This document shows, one piece after another, positions 18,750 to 27,618 of a stretch of DNA of 64,000 bases; position 1 is the stretch's first letter; each line of letters begins with the position of its first letter. Source of the DNA: Candidatus Binatia bacterium (GTDB taxonomy: Bacteria; Desulfobacterota; Binatia; Bin18); NCBI GenBank assembly GCA_963664395.2, contig OY761159.2, positions 2,816,001 to 2,880,000 on the forward strand. The letters are read 5' to 3'. A program made the position numbers and the translations under genes. The notes under the pieces were generated by a model, which was not told the DNA's origin, did no database searches, and worked only from the letters and a program-made list of their open reading frames with translations.

Positions 18750-20039
18750 TTACTCGTCTCCACCCTCGTCGCCTTCGTCCTGAGTTTCCTGCTCCAACTC
18801 AGGTGATTCTTCATATTGAGGTATAAACTCAGTTCCCTCCGTCTCCGGACGAGCGTTCGGGTACAATCGCAACAGATCCCATTCGTTTATGGCAGCCCGG
18901 ACCTTATACCGCATCCTGCCTTGATACCCTGCCCCACCTGCCTTTGCTTCCAATTGTGGTGCATCCCATCCATAGGCCGTGCCATGGATTTGTCTCAAGG
19001 TCTCGACTGTCGCATTCACATCTTCATCAGTCGGGGGCTTTAATTGAATAACGTCTCGTTCGAGGGTCCTCATCCCTGTTTCGGCTCTAGCCGCGGCAGT
19101 ATCGTCTCCTCGTGAGCGCAACCGTTGGGCTGCGTAGCGGCGGTCCTTCTTGCTATGCTCGTTATCGCTTAAAATAGCCGAGGCAAAGTCGCTCGTCACC
19201 GTGCCAACAACAATAAGACCTGGGTATTCTTCATTTTCGATCTTTCCCCACAAACGGGTCAACTCTGCATAAGACTTGGCTCTCTGCAAAACAGAGTAGG
19301 AACCGACCAATTCGATCTCGTCCAACAATATAACCCAGCCTTTGTAACCGGCGCCCTTCACCAGTTCTGTGGCAAAACGTAAATGTTGGGGGGGTAATTC
19401 CCTCGCCTTCGGGGCTCTGAAGGAGTAATTAGGTAATTGATCTATTTGCCTAAGCCCACCCTTTACGTCAGGAACCCGTATCTTTTCTCCTGACCAGAAC
19501 GCTCTGATTTTGCTCATAAGTTCAAAATCATTCGCCCTTTCATGAACCATCAGGGTTGCTGGAAATATGGCATGCAACCTGTTCTGCTCGGAGTTGGCCC
19601 ACTGAAAAAAACGGGTGTATGCCTCTGATGAGCCGTCAAGTTTGAGTCCCAGTTCTTCCATGAGCTGCCCGGTTCGGTCCGGCATCCGGCCGTGGTCTAT
19701 TGCGGACTTGAAAACCTTGTCCATGTTATACAGCGGTGTCTCTTTACTGATGGTTACTTTGCTGCACACAAAACCTTGCGACAGGGCTTGGTGTTCCAGG
19801 TATGAGAGTAAGTGAGACTTGCCCGTCCCAAAATCGCCGGAGACCAACATGCCTAATGAACTGGGAGGGGGATCGTCCGAATCGGCTGCCTTGGACAGCA
19901 GTTCTTTGAACTGGTTTTCTACTTGCGATTGATTACATCCTAGTATCTCCACAGCCTTTTCGTTAGGCACACCATTGCGGAGTCCCTCCAGGGCACGTCT
20001 GCAAGTCAATGCGTCTTTTCCGTCTATGTCGATATTCAT
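18750..20039 (-). CDS. BrxD/DUF2791-like P-loop ATPase (intact Walker motifs)
   Basis: RRALEGLRNGVP N-terminus, Walker A GDFGTGKSH, Walker B VILLDEIE, IHGTAYGW C-terminal motif. Confidence 0.85.
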   Translation of the reverse strand: MNIDIDGKDALTCRRALEGLRNGVPNEKAVEILGCNQSQVENQFKELLSKAADSDDPPPSSLGMLVSGDFGTGKSHLLSYLEHQALSQGFVCSKVTISKETPLYNMDKVFKSAIDHGRMPDRTGQLMEELGLKLDGSSEAYTRFFQWANSEQNRLHAIFPATLMVHERANDFELMSKIRAFWSGEKIRVPDVKGGLRQIDQLPNYSFRAPKARELPPQHLRFATELVKGAGYKGWVILLDEIELVGSYSVLQRAKSYAELTRLWGKIENEEYPGLIVVGTVTSDFASAILSDNEHSKKDRRYAAQRLRSRGDDTAAARAETGMRTLERDVIQLKPPTDEDVNATVETLRQIHGTAYGWDAPQLEAKAGGAGYQGRMRYKVRAAINEWDLLRLYPNARPETEGTEFIPQYEESPELEQETQDEGDEGGDE

Positions 20040-20055
20040 GGGGCCTACCTTTTCT

Positions 20056-21012
20056 TCAGGATATGCGTACCAAGGACGCCAGGGGATTCACTAGGTTTTC
20101 ATCCCGAACATCATCCATGATTCTTGTCCTAAGGGCCTGATAAATTCCAAACCCTCTGGAACGGGCGTCGGGATCGGGGAATGTGCGATCAGTCATGATG
20201 AGCAGCAACGCTCCAGTCAATTGGTCTGTTCCATCGACGAACTCTCTCAGAAGCTCGTAATGGTCCATGACCATTGCTTTTGTGTAATACCTCAGACCGT
20301 CTCTTGGATTCCGAGGAATCGCCACGCGGGAGTTGTCGATCAATATCACAGTTCCCCCACATCCTGTGTGTCGGAACCAGAAGAGGGCCGATTCAATGAA
20401 ATGCCTCGCGGTAACACGGTTTATAGCGGTGTTGATGGAAAACGATCTCACACTGCTCACTTTTGTATTCGTTCCTGTGAGCCAATCAATCAACGGTTGA
20501 CCTCCATATTGATTTGGACGACTGTTCTCTGACCAGCAAAGGTGGGTCATGGCGACTCTGAAATCTTTGGTCATGCGGTATTCTTTGAAGACCTCGTCTT
20601 GTATTTTTGGCCGTAATTCCTGAAGTACAAATTGCGGGTCAAGATTGTTGACGTTTGCTACAGTTTCAAAGATGTTATCAGCCGTTCCGGGGTCGATATT
20701 ATCGACCTGATAGCCTCCCTCTTCGGCCAAACGCAAAATCAGGCGTCGGGCCAACCGACGCCAATCTACTTGGCTCGCCATCTCGGAAAAAATATCCTGC
20801 GGCATATGGACTCTGGTCTCCGCTGCGTCAAGTTTCACGACAACGTAATCCAGGTCTCTGCACCGGCTCCCTATCGCTTCATATAGTGCCGGTTTCCGGC
20901 TTTCTGGCGTCACGGCAAACTTGATGGACGCACCACCCTCTGCGATAAAAGTCGATAAGTATTCGTCATCAAGAACTTTGAGCCAATCGTAAAGTGGTAT
21001 TTCGTTCGCCAT
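20056..21012 (-). CDS. BrxD/DUF2791-like paralog with degenerate Walker motifs
   Basis: GGASIKFAV followed by no GxxGxGKS; DWLTG; VILIDNS in the Walker B position; GIYQALRTRI. Confidence 0.75.
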   Translation of the reverse strand: MANEIPLYDWLKVLDDEYLSTFIAEGGASIKFAVTPESRKPALYEAIGSRCRDLDYVVVKLDAAETRVHMPQDIFSEMASQVDWRRLARRLILRLAEEGGYQVDNIDPGTADNIFETVANVNNLDPQFVLQELRPKIQDEVFKEYRMTKDFRVAMTHLCWSENSRPNQYGGQPLIDWLTGTNTKVSSVRSFSINTAINRVTARHFIESALFWFRHTGCGGTVILIDNSRVAIPRNPRDGLRYYTKAMVMDHYELLREFVDGTDQLTGALLLIMTDRTFPDPDARSRGFGIYQALRTRIMDDVRDENLVNPLASLVRIS

Positions 21013-21812
21013 TATTCACTCCTGGAAAACTGGATTCCGTAATACGTGATAAGCTGATCGTCTGGGCCTATAAACTGGAAGGTGCCGCGGGCTCTTTTCG
21101 TGCCTGTTGAAGACGGGAAAGATACACGCGCCCCTTTCTTGGTATGGGACGGACCGTTCGCTTCCAAGGAATAAATGTCCCTGGCAAAATCTATATTGTG
21201 ATACTCACGCTTACTTCCGGGCAAAGAGGTAAATGCCTTATACACCTCGGCCAAAGGGACGACAGGACCATATCCACCGTTGATTAAACGTGTAGAAGAC
21301 TGTTCTCTCGATATGAGTAAGTACATCTCGTGCAACGCCTCTAGGAAAGCATCTGACTTGAATCGGGGCGGTTTTTTCTGTCTTTCAATTAGGAATTCTA
21401 CCAAGCGGGATGGTCTTAAAGTCGAGACCTTCTTTCTGTCAATTCTGACAGCGCGGTCCCCAGGCAAGATTTGAGCTATGGACGGATACGAAATCAACCG
21501 GCCATCTCTTTCATGGATGCTCAATTTCTTTTCTTTTGCTGTATGACACAGCTCGTTTACATAGTGTTCTTTGAGATAGTTTTCTTCTTCCTCATCCGTA
21601 AATGGCCAAGTTTCAATAGCGTTCGCAACTTCCTGCCTCAGAGAACCCAGCGCGGGATCAAGCCTTGAACAAACCCTTTTAATTGCGTTGATGTTTCCGT
21701 CCTGGGCTGCCTTCTGCAATGCCCTGGCAATTTTTACCAAGTCTGTTGCAGACTTCAGAGTCGAAGCCGCAGCTTCTTCCACGTCGTCGAATGCTCGTTC
21801 AAAGCTTGCCAT
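21012..21812 (-). CDS. Hypothetical protein, first gene of the ATPase cassette
   Basis: 266 aa, GGAGGG RBS, TAATG overlap with the next gene; helical N-terminus. Confidence 0.85.
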   Translation of the reverse strand: MASFERAFDDVEEAAASTLKSATDLVKIARALQKAAQDGNINAIKRVCSRLDPALGSLRQEVANAIETWPFTDEEEENYLKEHYVNELCHTAKEKKLSIHERDGRLISYPSIAQILPGDRAVRIDRKKVSTLRPSRLVEFLIERQKKPPRFKSDAFLEALHEMYLLISREQSSTRLINGGYGPVVPLAEVYKAFTSLPGSKREYHNIDFARDIYSLEANGPSHTKKGARVSFPSSTGTKRARGTFQFIGPDDQLITYYGIQFSRSE

Positions 21813-21885
21813 TAATTAATGCCCTCCGTCTGTCATCTGAGCCCTAGTCCGTGTTCTTCGGCGTCCACATACGCTTAGAGTTGAC

Positions 21886-21901
21886 TGAGAAAATTTTCTC
21901 A
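21886..21901. promoter_or_regulatory. Perfect 16-bp palindrome TGAGAAAATTTTCTCA (putative operator)
   Basis: About 75 bp upstream of the cassette start, overlapping a minus-strand TTGAGA (-35-like). Confidence 0.5.
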
Positions 21902-22205
21902 AGGGATTCGTTGCCGGTTAGTTTAGGATAGGGCTCTATCTGGAATACCGGACCGGGGGGAAATCTAGCGCTAGAATCTCAGACACACAACCCCAGAGTA
22001 AGGATAGGTCGTATATCTGATCGAATTTTTCTCCTGAGAGTACTAGGAGGCAGGCAGTAAGATTTCGTCTAGGTCGCTCAGGCAGTCCGATGGACCGTAC
22101 GCGCAGCAAGCGTATGTCACTGGAAGGTGTGATAGCGATAATGTTGGATTATGCTCCGCTAGTCCGACTTACGGCTATCCTAGTGAAACGACTCTTGGGC
22201 AGGAC

Positions 22206-22763
22206 TCACCCGAACAGCCGCCGCACCGCACACCGAAAGCCCGGCAGCACGTCCGCTCCGCTCAGCTCGTCATCTTCCCCCAGCGCCTGAACGTCATGCG
22301 ACGAGCGATAGATGTAGATTGTTCGGGTTGCGGGTTCTATAACCCACACCAAACGAGTCCCGGCCGAGAAATACTCGGCGATTCTGGTTTGTACGGCGCT
22401 GAAACGGTCTGAAGGCGAGGTGACCTCGACTGCCAGGTCCGGCGCAAACGGCCAATAGGTTTTGGGAATACCGGTCTCGGGAATACGCGCCTTGGCAATA
22501 AAGGCGGCATCTGGGGCGCGGACGATATCGGGGACGCGCTGCAAGATAAAACCGGTTTCCGCGCCGCTGCAGATGCCCAGGTCGTGCGCTTCAACGTACT
22601 CATCAAGTATACGACCGATCCGGACTGTCAAAACTCCATGCTCTCCGCCGGTCGGTGCCATACGAATCAGCTCTCCTGCGACGAGTTCGTATTTGTAATC
22701 GTCATCGGGAAGGGCGAACAGCTCTTCGGCGGTCATGAGTGCGTGCTGGGCGAGAGTGGTCAT
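22206..22763 (-). CDS. Uma2 (DUF820) family endonuclease-like protein
   Basis: YELVAGEL, VRAPDAAF, APDLAVEVTSPSD, EYFSAGTRLVWVIEP, VLPGF; start after AAGGAG. Confidence 0.93.
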   Translation of the reverse strand: MTTLAQHALMTAEELFALPDDDYKYELVAGELIRMAPTGGEHGVLTVRIGRILDEYVEAHDLGICSGAETGFILQRVPDIVRAPDAAFIAKARIPETGIPKTYWPFAPDLAVEVTSPSDRFSAVQTRIAEYFSAGTRLVWVIEPATRTIYIYRSSHDVQALGEDDELSGADVLPGFRCAVRRLFG

Positions 22764-22797
22764 CGACTTCTCCTTCTTACGTGTCTCTCCACTCCAC

Positions 22798-25578
22798 TCA
22801 TCCTTCAAATCCAGGCGCGGTTCGGTTTACGCTCACCTGAACCGCGCAATACTTGAACTCGGGAATTTTCCCGTAGGGGTCCAGCGCTTCGTTGGTCAGC
22901 AGGTTGGCGGCTGCCTCCTGATAACAAAACGGAATAAAAATATCACCCCGCCGCAGGCTATCATCCGCGCGTGCGTAGATCGTGATCTCGCCGCGCCGTG
23001 AGGCAATGGTTAACAGGTCTCCCTCCGAACCGTCCACAGCGGCCAAGTCCGCGGGATGAATGCTGATCACCGGGTGCGGTTCTATTGCGTTCAGAACACT
23101 GGCGCGGCGGGTCATGGCGCCGGTATGCCAGTGTTCCAACTGACGACCGGTAATAAGAACAAACGGAAACTCGGCATCCGGCAACTCGTCTGCCTGAATC
23201 AGACGCGCGGGGACGAACCGGGCCGTACCGTCCGGGGTCGGAAAGTTCGCTTGAAACACGACCGACCGGCCCGGGTCGTCTTCGGTCCAGCAGGGATAGG
23301 TGATGGAGTCCAGGCGTTCGAGCCGCTGCCAGCTTATGCCCTCGATGCCGGGTATGGCCCAGCGCATCTCTTCGTAGACCGCCGCGGTATCGGGATAGCG
23401 CCAGTCCAGTCCCATCCGGCGCGCCATATCTTGAATGATGTCCAGGTCCTGACGGGCGTCGCCCGGCGTGTCGAGCGCTTTGCGGCCAAGCTGTACGCGC
23501 CGGTCGGTGTTGGTGAACGTGCCGGTCTTCTCCGGGAGGGCGGACGCCGGCAGGACCACGTCGGCAAACGCCGCGGTCTCGGTCAAGAACAAGTCCTGCA
23601 CGACCAGATGATCGAGCCGTGCCAAAGCCTGCCGCGCGTGATGCAGGTTGGGGTCGGACATGGCCGGGTTCTCGCCCATGATGTACATCCCGCGCACTTG
23701 GCCGTCGAGAATGGCATCGATAATCTCGACTACGGTCAAGCCGGGCCGCGGGTCCAGGGAGACGCTCCACAGTTCCTCGAAGCGTCTGCGCGCCTCGTCG
23801 TCATCGACCCGCTGATAGGCGGGGAACATCATCGGAATCAAACCGGCGTCGGACGCGCCCTGGACATTGTTCTGGCCCCGCAGCGGGTGCAATCCGGTGC
23901 CGGGGCGACCAATCTGGCCGGTCATCAGCGCGAGCGCAATCAGACACCGCGCATTGTCTGTGCCATGCACGTGCTGCGAGATGCCCATACCCCAGAAAAT
24001 CATTGAACCAGACGCGGTTGCGTAACGGCGGGCCACCTCCCGGATGGTCTCGGCCGCTATCCCGCAAATGGGTTCCATCTCCTCAGGGCTAAAGCCGGCC
24101 ACGTTTTGTTTGATAAGGTTAAAGCCTTGGGTGCGCTGCTCGATAAATTCCTGATGAACCAAACCCTCCTCAATGATAGTGTGCATCATGGCGTTGAGCA
24201 GGGCCACGTCAGTGTCTGGCTTAAACTGGAGATAATACGCTGCATGGCGGGCCAGCTCTGTCCGACGTGGGTCCATGACTATCAGCGTCTTGCCGGCTTT
24301 GGCCGCATTCTTCATAAAGGTCGCCGCAACCGGATGGTTCTCCGGCGTGTTGGAACCGATGATAATAATGCACTCCGCCTCCGCGACGTCTTCGACCTGA
24401 TTGGATACCGCGCCGGACCCAATGCCTTCTAAGAGGGCAACGACCGACGAGGCATGACACAGCCGCGTACAGTGGTCTACATTGTTCGTCCCAAATCCGG
24501 TCCGAACCAATTTTTGAAAGAGATAGGCTTCTTCGTTGCTGCCCTTTGCCGAGCCAAATCCGGCGAGCGCTTGGCCGCCTCGTTCGTCGCGGATTTTTTT
24601 CAGGCCGCCGGCAGCACGGTCGAGCGCTTCTTCCCAGGATGCCTCGCGGAACACGCGGGACACAGCGGCCGGGTCGAGCGTGGCGTCTTCTGCCGACTTG
24701 GGCGCGCCCGACTTGCGGATTAGCGGTGTCGTGAGCCGCTGCGGATGGTTCACGTAATCGAAGCCGTACCGGCCTTTGACACACAGCCGGCCGTGGTTGG
24801 ACGGACCGTCACGCCCGGTGACGTGGAGAATCTTGTTGTCTTTGATGTGATAGGTGAGCAGGCAGCCCACCCCGCAATAGGGACAGACAGAATCCACCGT
24901 TTTGTCCGGCTCAACCAGTCCCACCCCGCCGGCCGGCATAAGCGCTCCGGTCGGACAGGCCTGGACACATTCACCACAGCCAACGCACGAACTGGCCCCC
25001 ATCGGGTCGTCCACATCAAAGACGATCTTGGCCTGACTGCCGCGCAGGGCGTACCCAATGACATCGTTCACCTGCTCTTCACGGCAGGCACGCTGACAGC
25101 GGGTACACTGAATACAGGCATCAAGATTAACGGCAATGGCCGGATGCGACCCATCCGATTTTGGCTGCCGACGTGGTGCGAAGCGCGGCTTTCCGACTGC
25201 GAGCGCACGCGCCCAGGTGTCCAATTCCGAGTCTCGCGTATAGGCGGTCTCGACAACGTCCGAAAGCAGTAGTTCAAGGACCATCTTTTGGGAATGGCGG
25301 GCGCGCTCACTCGTCGTTGCAACGTCCATACCTTCCTGTGGCGTCCGGCAGCATGAGGCAGCAAGGGTACGCTCGCCCTTCACTTCCACCACACAGGCGC
25401 GGCAATTGCCGTCCGGCCGGAGCCCGTCTTTGTGGCACAGGTGAGGAATGTCAACCCCGTGACGCCGGGCGGCCTGTAAAATTGTTTCACCGGGGAGCGC
25501 ATCGACCGCCTGTCCGTCCAAAAGAAAAGACATCGGATTTGTGATTTCAGGATTTGCGACTTCAGAAATGGCAGCCAT
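22798..25578 (-). CDS. fdhF: Formate dehydrogenase alpha subunit (Cys ligand)
   Basis: 2Fe-2S and 4Fe-4S motifs, CPYCGVGC, DHCTRLCH, PLRGQNNVQG, KIPEFKYCA; TAATG coupling to the beta subunit. Confidence 0.95.
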   Translation of the reverse strand: MAAISEVANPEITNPMSFLLDGQAVDALPGETILQAARRHGVDIPHLCHKDGLRPDGNCRACVVEVKGERTLAASCCRTPQEGMDVATTSERARHSQKMVLELLLSDVVETAYTRDSELDTWARALAVGKPRFAPRRQPKSDGSHPAIAVNLDACIQCTRCQRACREEQVNDVIGYALRGSQAKIVFDVDDPMGASSCVGCGECVQACPTGALMPAGGVGLVEPDKTVDSVCPYCGVGCLLTYHIKDNKILHVTGRDGPSNHGRLCVKGRYGFDYVNHPQRLTTPLIRKSGAPKSAEDATLDPAAVSRVFREASWEEALDRAAGGLKKIRDERGGQALAGFGSAKGSNEEAYLFQKLVRTGFGTNNVDHCTRLCHASSVVALLEGIGSGAVSNQVEDVAEAECIIIIGSNTPENHPVAATFMKNAAKAGKTLIVMDPRRTELARHAAYYLQFKPDTDVALLNAMMHTIIEEGLVHQEFIEQRTQGFNLIKQNVAGFSPEEMEPICGIAAETIREVARRYATASGSMIFWGMGISQHVHGTDNARCLIALALMTGQIGRPGTGLHPLRGQNNVQGASDAGLIPMMFPAYQRVDDDEARRRFEELWSVSLDPRPGLTVVEIIDAILDGQVRGMYIMGENPAMSDPNLHHARQALARLDHLVVQDLFLTETAAFADVVLPASALPEKTGTFTNTDRRVQLGRKALDTPGDARQDLDIIQDMARRMGLDWRYPDTAAVYEEMRWAIPGIEGISWQRLERLDSITYPCWTEDDPGRSVVFQANFPTPDGTARFVPARLIQADELPDAEFPFVLITGRQLEHWHTGAMTRRASVLNAIEPHPVISIHPADLAAVDGSEGDLLTIASRRGEITIYARADDSLRRGDIFIPFCYQEAAANLLTNEALDPYGKIPEFKYCAVQVSVNRTAPGFEG

Positions 25579-27266
25579 TATGCAAGCTCCTCTGGAAAGT
25601 ATTGGATGATACAGCGCAGGGGGTTGGGCGCGGCTTGGCCTAAGCCACAAATCGAGGCGTCGCCCATGACCTGGGCAAGCTCCTCAAGCAAGGGAACATC
25701 CCAGTGGTTTTGCGCCATCAGTCCGGCTGCTTTCTGTGTACCCACCCGACACGGTGTACATTTTCCGCATGACTCATGCGAAAAAAAACGCATCGCGTTG
25801 AGCGCTGCGGCCTTGGCGCTGTCTTTATCAGATAAAACGATAATCGCCGCGGAACCAATGAAACCCCCATGGGGTTGAAGGGTGTCGAAATCGAGCGGTA
25901 CATTGGCAAGCGCAGCCGGCAGAATACCGCCGGACGCGCCACCGGGAAAGTAGGCGTACAATTCATGTCCGGGGAGCATTCCCCCGCAATACTCGTCAAT
26001 CAGCTCACGCAGACTGATACCGGCCGGGGCCAGGTGCACGCCTGGCTTTTGGACGCGGCCACTGACGGAAAACGAACGGAGCCCCTTGCGGCCGTTCCGG
26101 CCATGACCGGTAAACCAGGCCGCCCCTTTCTGCACAATATCGCGTACCCAATACAGCGTTTCAAAATTATGCTCTAAGGTCGGACGCCCGAACAAGCCGA
26201 CCTCAGCCACATACGGCGGGCGCAGCCGCGGCATCCCCCGTTTGCCCTCAATGGACTCCATCATGCCCGACTCTTCCCCACAGATATACGCACCCGCCCC
26301 GCGGCGGAGGTGGATAACGGGGAGCGACATTGGCGGGTCGGCCGCCAGAGCGGCAACGGCGTTCCGAAGAATCTGGAGACAGGCCGGATATTCATCTCGG
26401 ATATAGATATAGACTTCGCTGATCCCAGCCGCCCAGGAGGCGATCAACATACCTTCCAGGAAACGATGCGGGTCGCGTTCAAGATAATAGCGGTCCTTAA
26501 AGGTGCCCGGCTCGCCTTCATCAATATTCACCGCTAAGAGGCGCGGACCTTTATAACCACGCACGATGCGCCACTTGCGCCCGGCCGGAAAGCCAGCCCC
26601 ACCAAGACCGCGCAAGCCGGAATCTTCCAGCGCTTGCACGACTGAATCGATCTCACGTGTCCCGTTTATACACTCACGCAGGAGCTGATATCCGCTGTCC
26701 GCTCGATAGGCTTGATACTCAATAGTTCCCGCGGGCAGGCGGGCTTGGGTATCGTTGTGTTCGACCGCTTGTCTCACGCGTTCTACGCTGGCCGTCCCGA
26801 TTGGATTCTGGCCGACAACCGCAACCGGCGCGGTTTCACACCGTCCCACGCACGGCACGCGCTGGACCCGCACCGTTGTTCCAATCCCTTGCTCTAAAGC
26901 GGGGATCAACTGTTCCGCTCCGGCCAGCTCACAACTGACCGAGTCACACACTCGAACGGTGATTGTCGGCGGAGGGGTTTCGCCTTCTTTCACAACATCA
27001 AAATGATGGTAAAAGCTGGCAACCTCGTACACTTCAACTGGAGCGAGCTGCATTTCGTGGGCGAGGGCAACCAGGTGGGCCGCAGACAGATGGCCATAGT
27101 GATCCTGGATTTTATGCAGATGTTCAATCAGCAGGTCCCGGCGACGGGGCGTATCAGCCAGCAACACCTGCACCTCCCGGAGGGCCTGAGGGTCAACACT
27201 GCGCCCTTTGGGTCTGGTGCGGAGACCTTTCGGACGTTTTCTGCCGCGCTCTCCGTTGTGTTTCAT
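25578..27266 (-). CDS. Formate dehydrogenase beta subunit (NuoE-NuoF-like fusion)
   Basis: VCDSVSC..CVGRC; LRGLGGAGFP, DEGEPGTFKDR, GAGAYICGEE, ESCGKCTPCRVG, SICGLG. Confidence 0.93.
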   Translation of the reverse strand: MKHNGERGRKRPKGLRTRPKGRSVDPQALREVQVLLADTPRRRDLLIEHLHKIQDHYGHLSAAHLVALAHEMQLAPVEVYEVASFYHHFDVVKEGETPPPTITVRVCDSVSCELAGAEQLIPALEQGIGTTVRVQRVPCVGRCETAPVAVVGQNPIGTASVERVRQAVEHNDTQARLPAGTIEYQAYRADSGYQLLRECINGTREIDSVVQALEDSGLRGLGGAGFPAGRKWRIVRGYKGPRLLAVNIDEGEPGTFKDRYYLERDPHRFLEGMLIASWAAGISEVYIYIRDEYPACLQILRNAVAALAADPPMSLPVIHLRRGAGAYICGEESGMMESIEGKRGMPRLRPPYVAEVGLFGRPTLEHNFETLYWVRDIVQKGAAWFTGHGRNGRKGLRSFSVSGRVQKPGVHLAPAGISLRELIDEYCGGMLPGHELYAYFPGGASGGILPAALANVPLDFDTLQPHGGFIGSAAIIVLSDKDSAKAAALNAMRFFSHESCGKCTPCRVGTQKAAGLMAQNHWDVPLLEELAQVMGDASICGLGQAAPNPLRCIIQYFPEELA

Positions 27267-27381
27267 GTTGCGTCCTGCCTGACAAAGGCTCTCTCAAAAA
27301 AGGATTGGAGTAAAGATAAGAAGGATAGCCTATTTATCGGCTAGGGCTCAAGGGTCCTTTCACTATCGGATGTCCTTGTGA

Positions 27382-27472
27382 GCACCCTTGACACATGTGG
27401 GTTCGACTCCCTGAGAAGATAGCCCCATAGCGGATGGCTGCTGCGCACCCTTGACACACGTGGGTTCGACTC
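27382..27472. repeat. Two 28-nt direct repeats (1 mismatch), 63-nt period
   Basis: gcacccttgacaca(t/c)gtgggttcgactc at 27382-27409 and 27445-27472. Confidence 0.85.
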
Positions 27473-27479
27473 TTACTTT
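27451..27479 (+). promoter_or_regulatory. Sigma70-like promoter of the moxR-bat operon
   Basis: TTGACA-N17-TACTTT. Confidence 0.55.
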
Positions 27480-27618
27480 TCCGCATCAGAGACGTTCAGT
27501 CTCAGACAAACAACAGCATAAAATCCATAAAATCAATGAAGAAAGTCAGTCTTGTCAACGTCTATTACCGTCTACAGTGTCCTCTCTACGGCCAAGACTG
27601 AGGAGAATACTCAGACAC

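Noticed and set aside
18750-21812. Complete BREX system
   Set aside because: No pglX, pglZ, pglW, brxC or helicase gene adjacent.
22961-24784. Long overlapping or antisense ORFs within fdh (and similar ones elsewhere)
   Set aside because: Expected shadow ORFs in GC-rich coding DNA.
22798-25578. Selenocysteine formate dehydrogenase
   Set aside because: The frame is uninterrupted and the active site reads RLCH (Cys).
27382-27472. CRISPR mini-array or tRNA
   Set aside because: Only two units, and the sequences before each unit also share similarity (cggatg), favouring tandem duplication; the T-loop-like motif has no cloverleaf.
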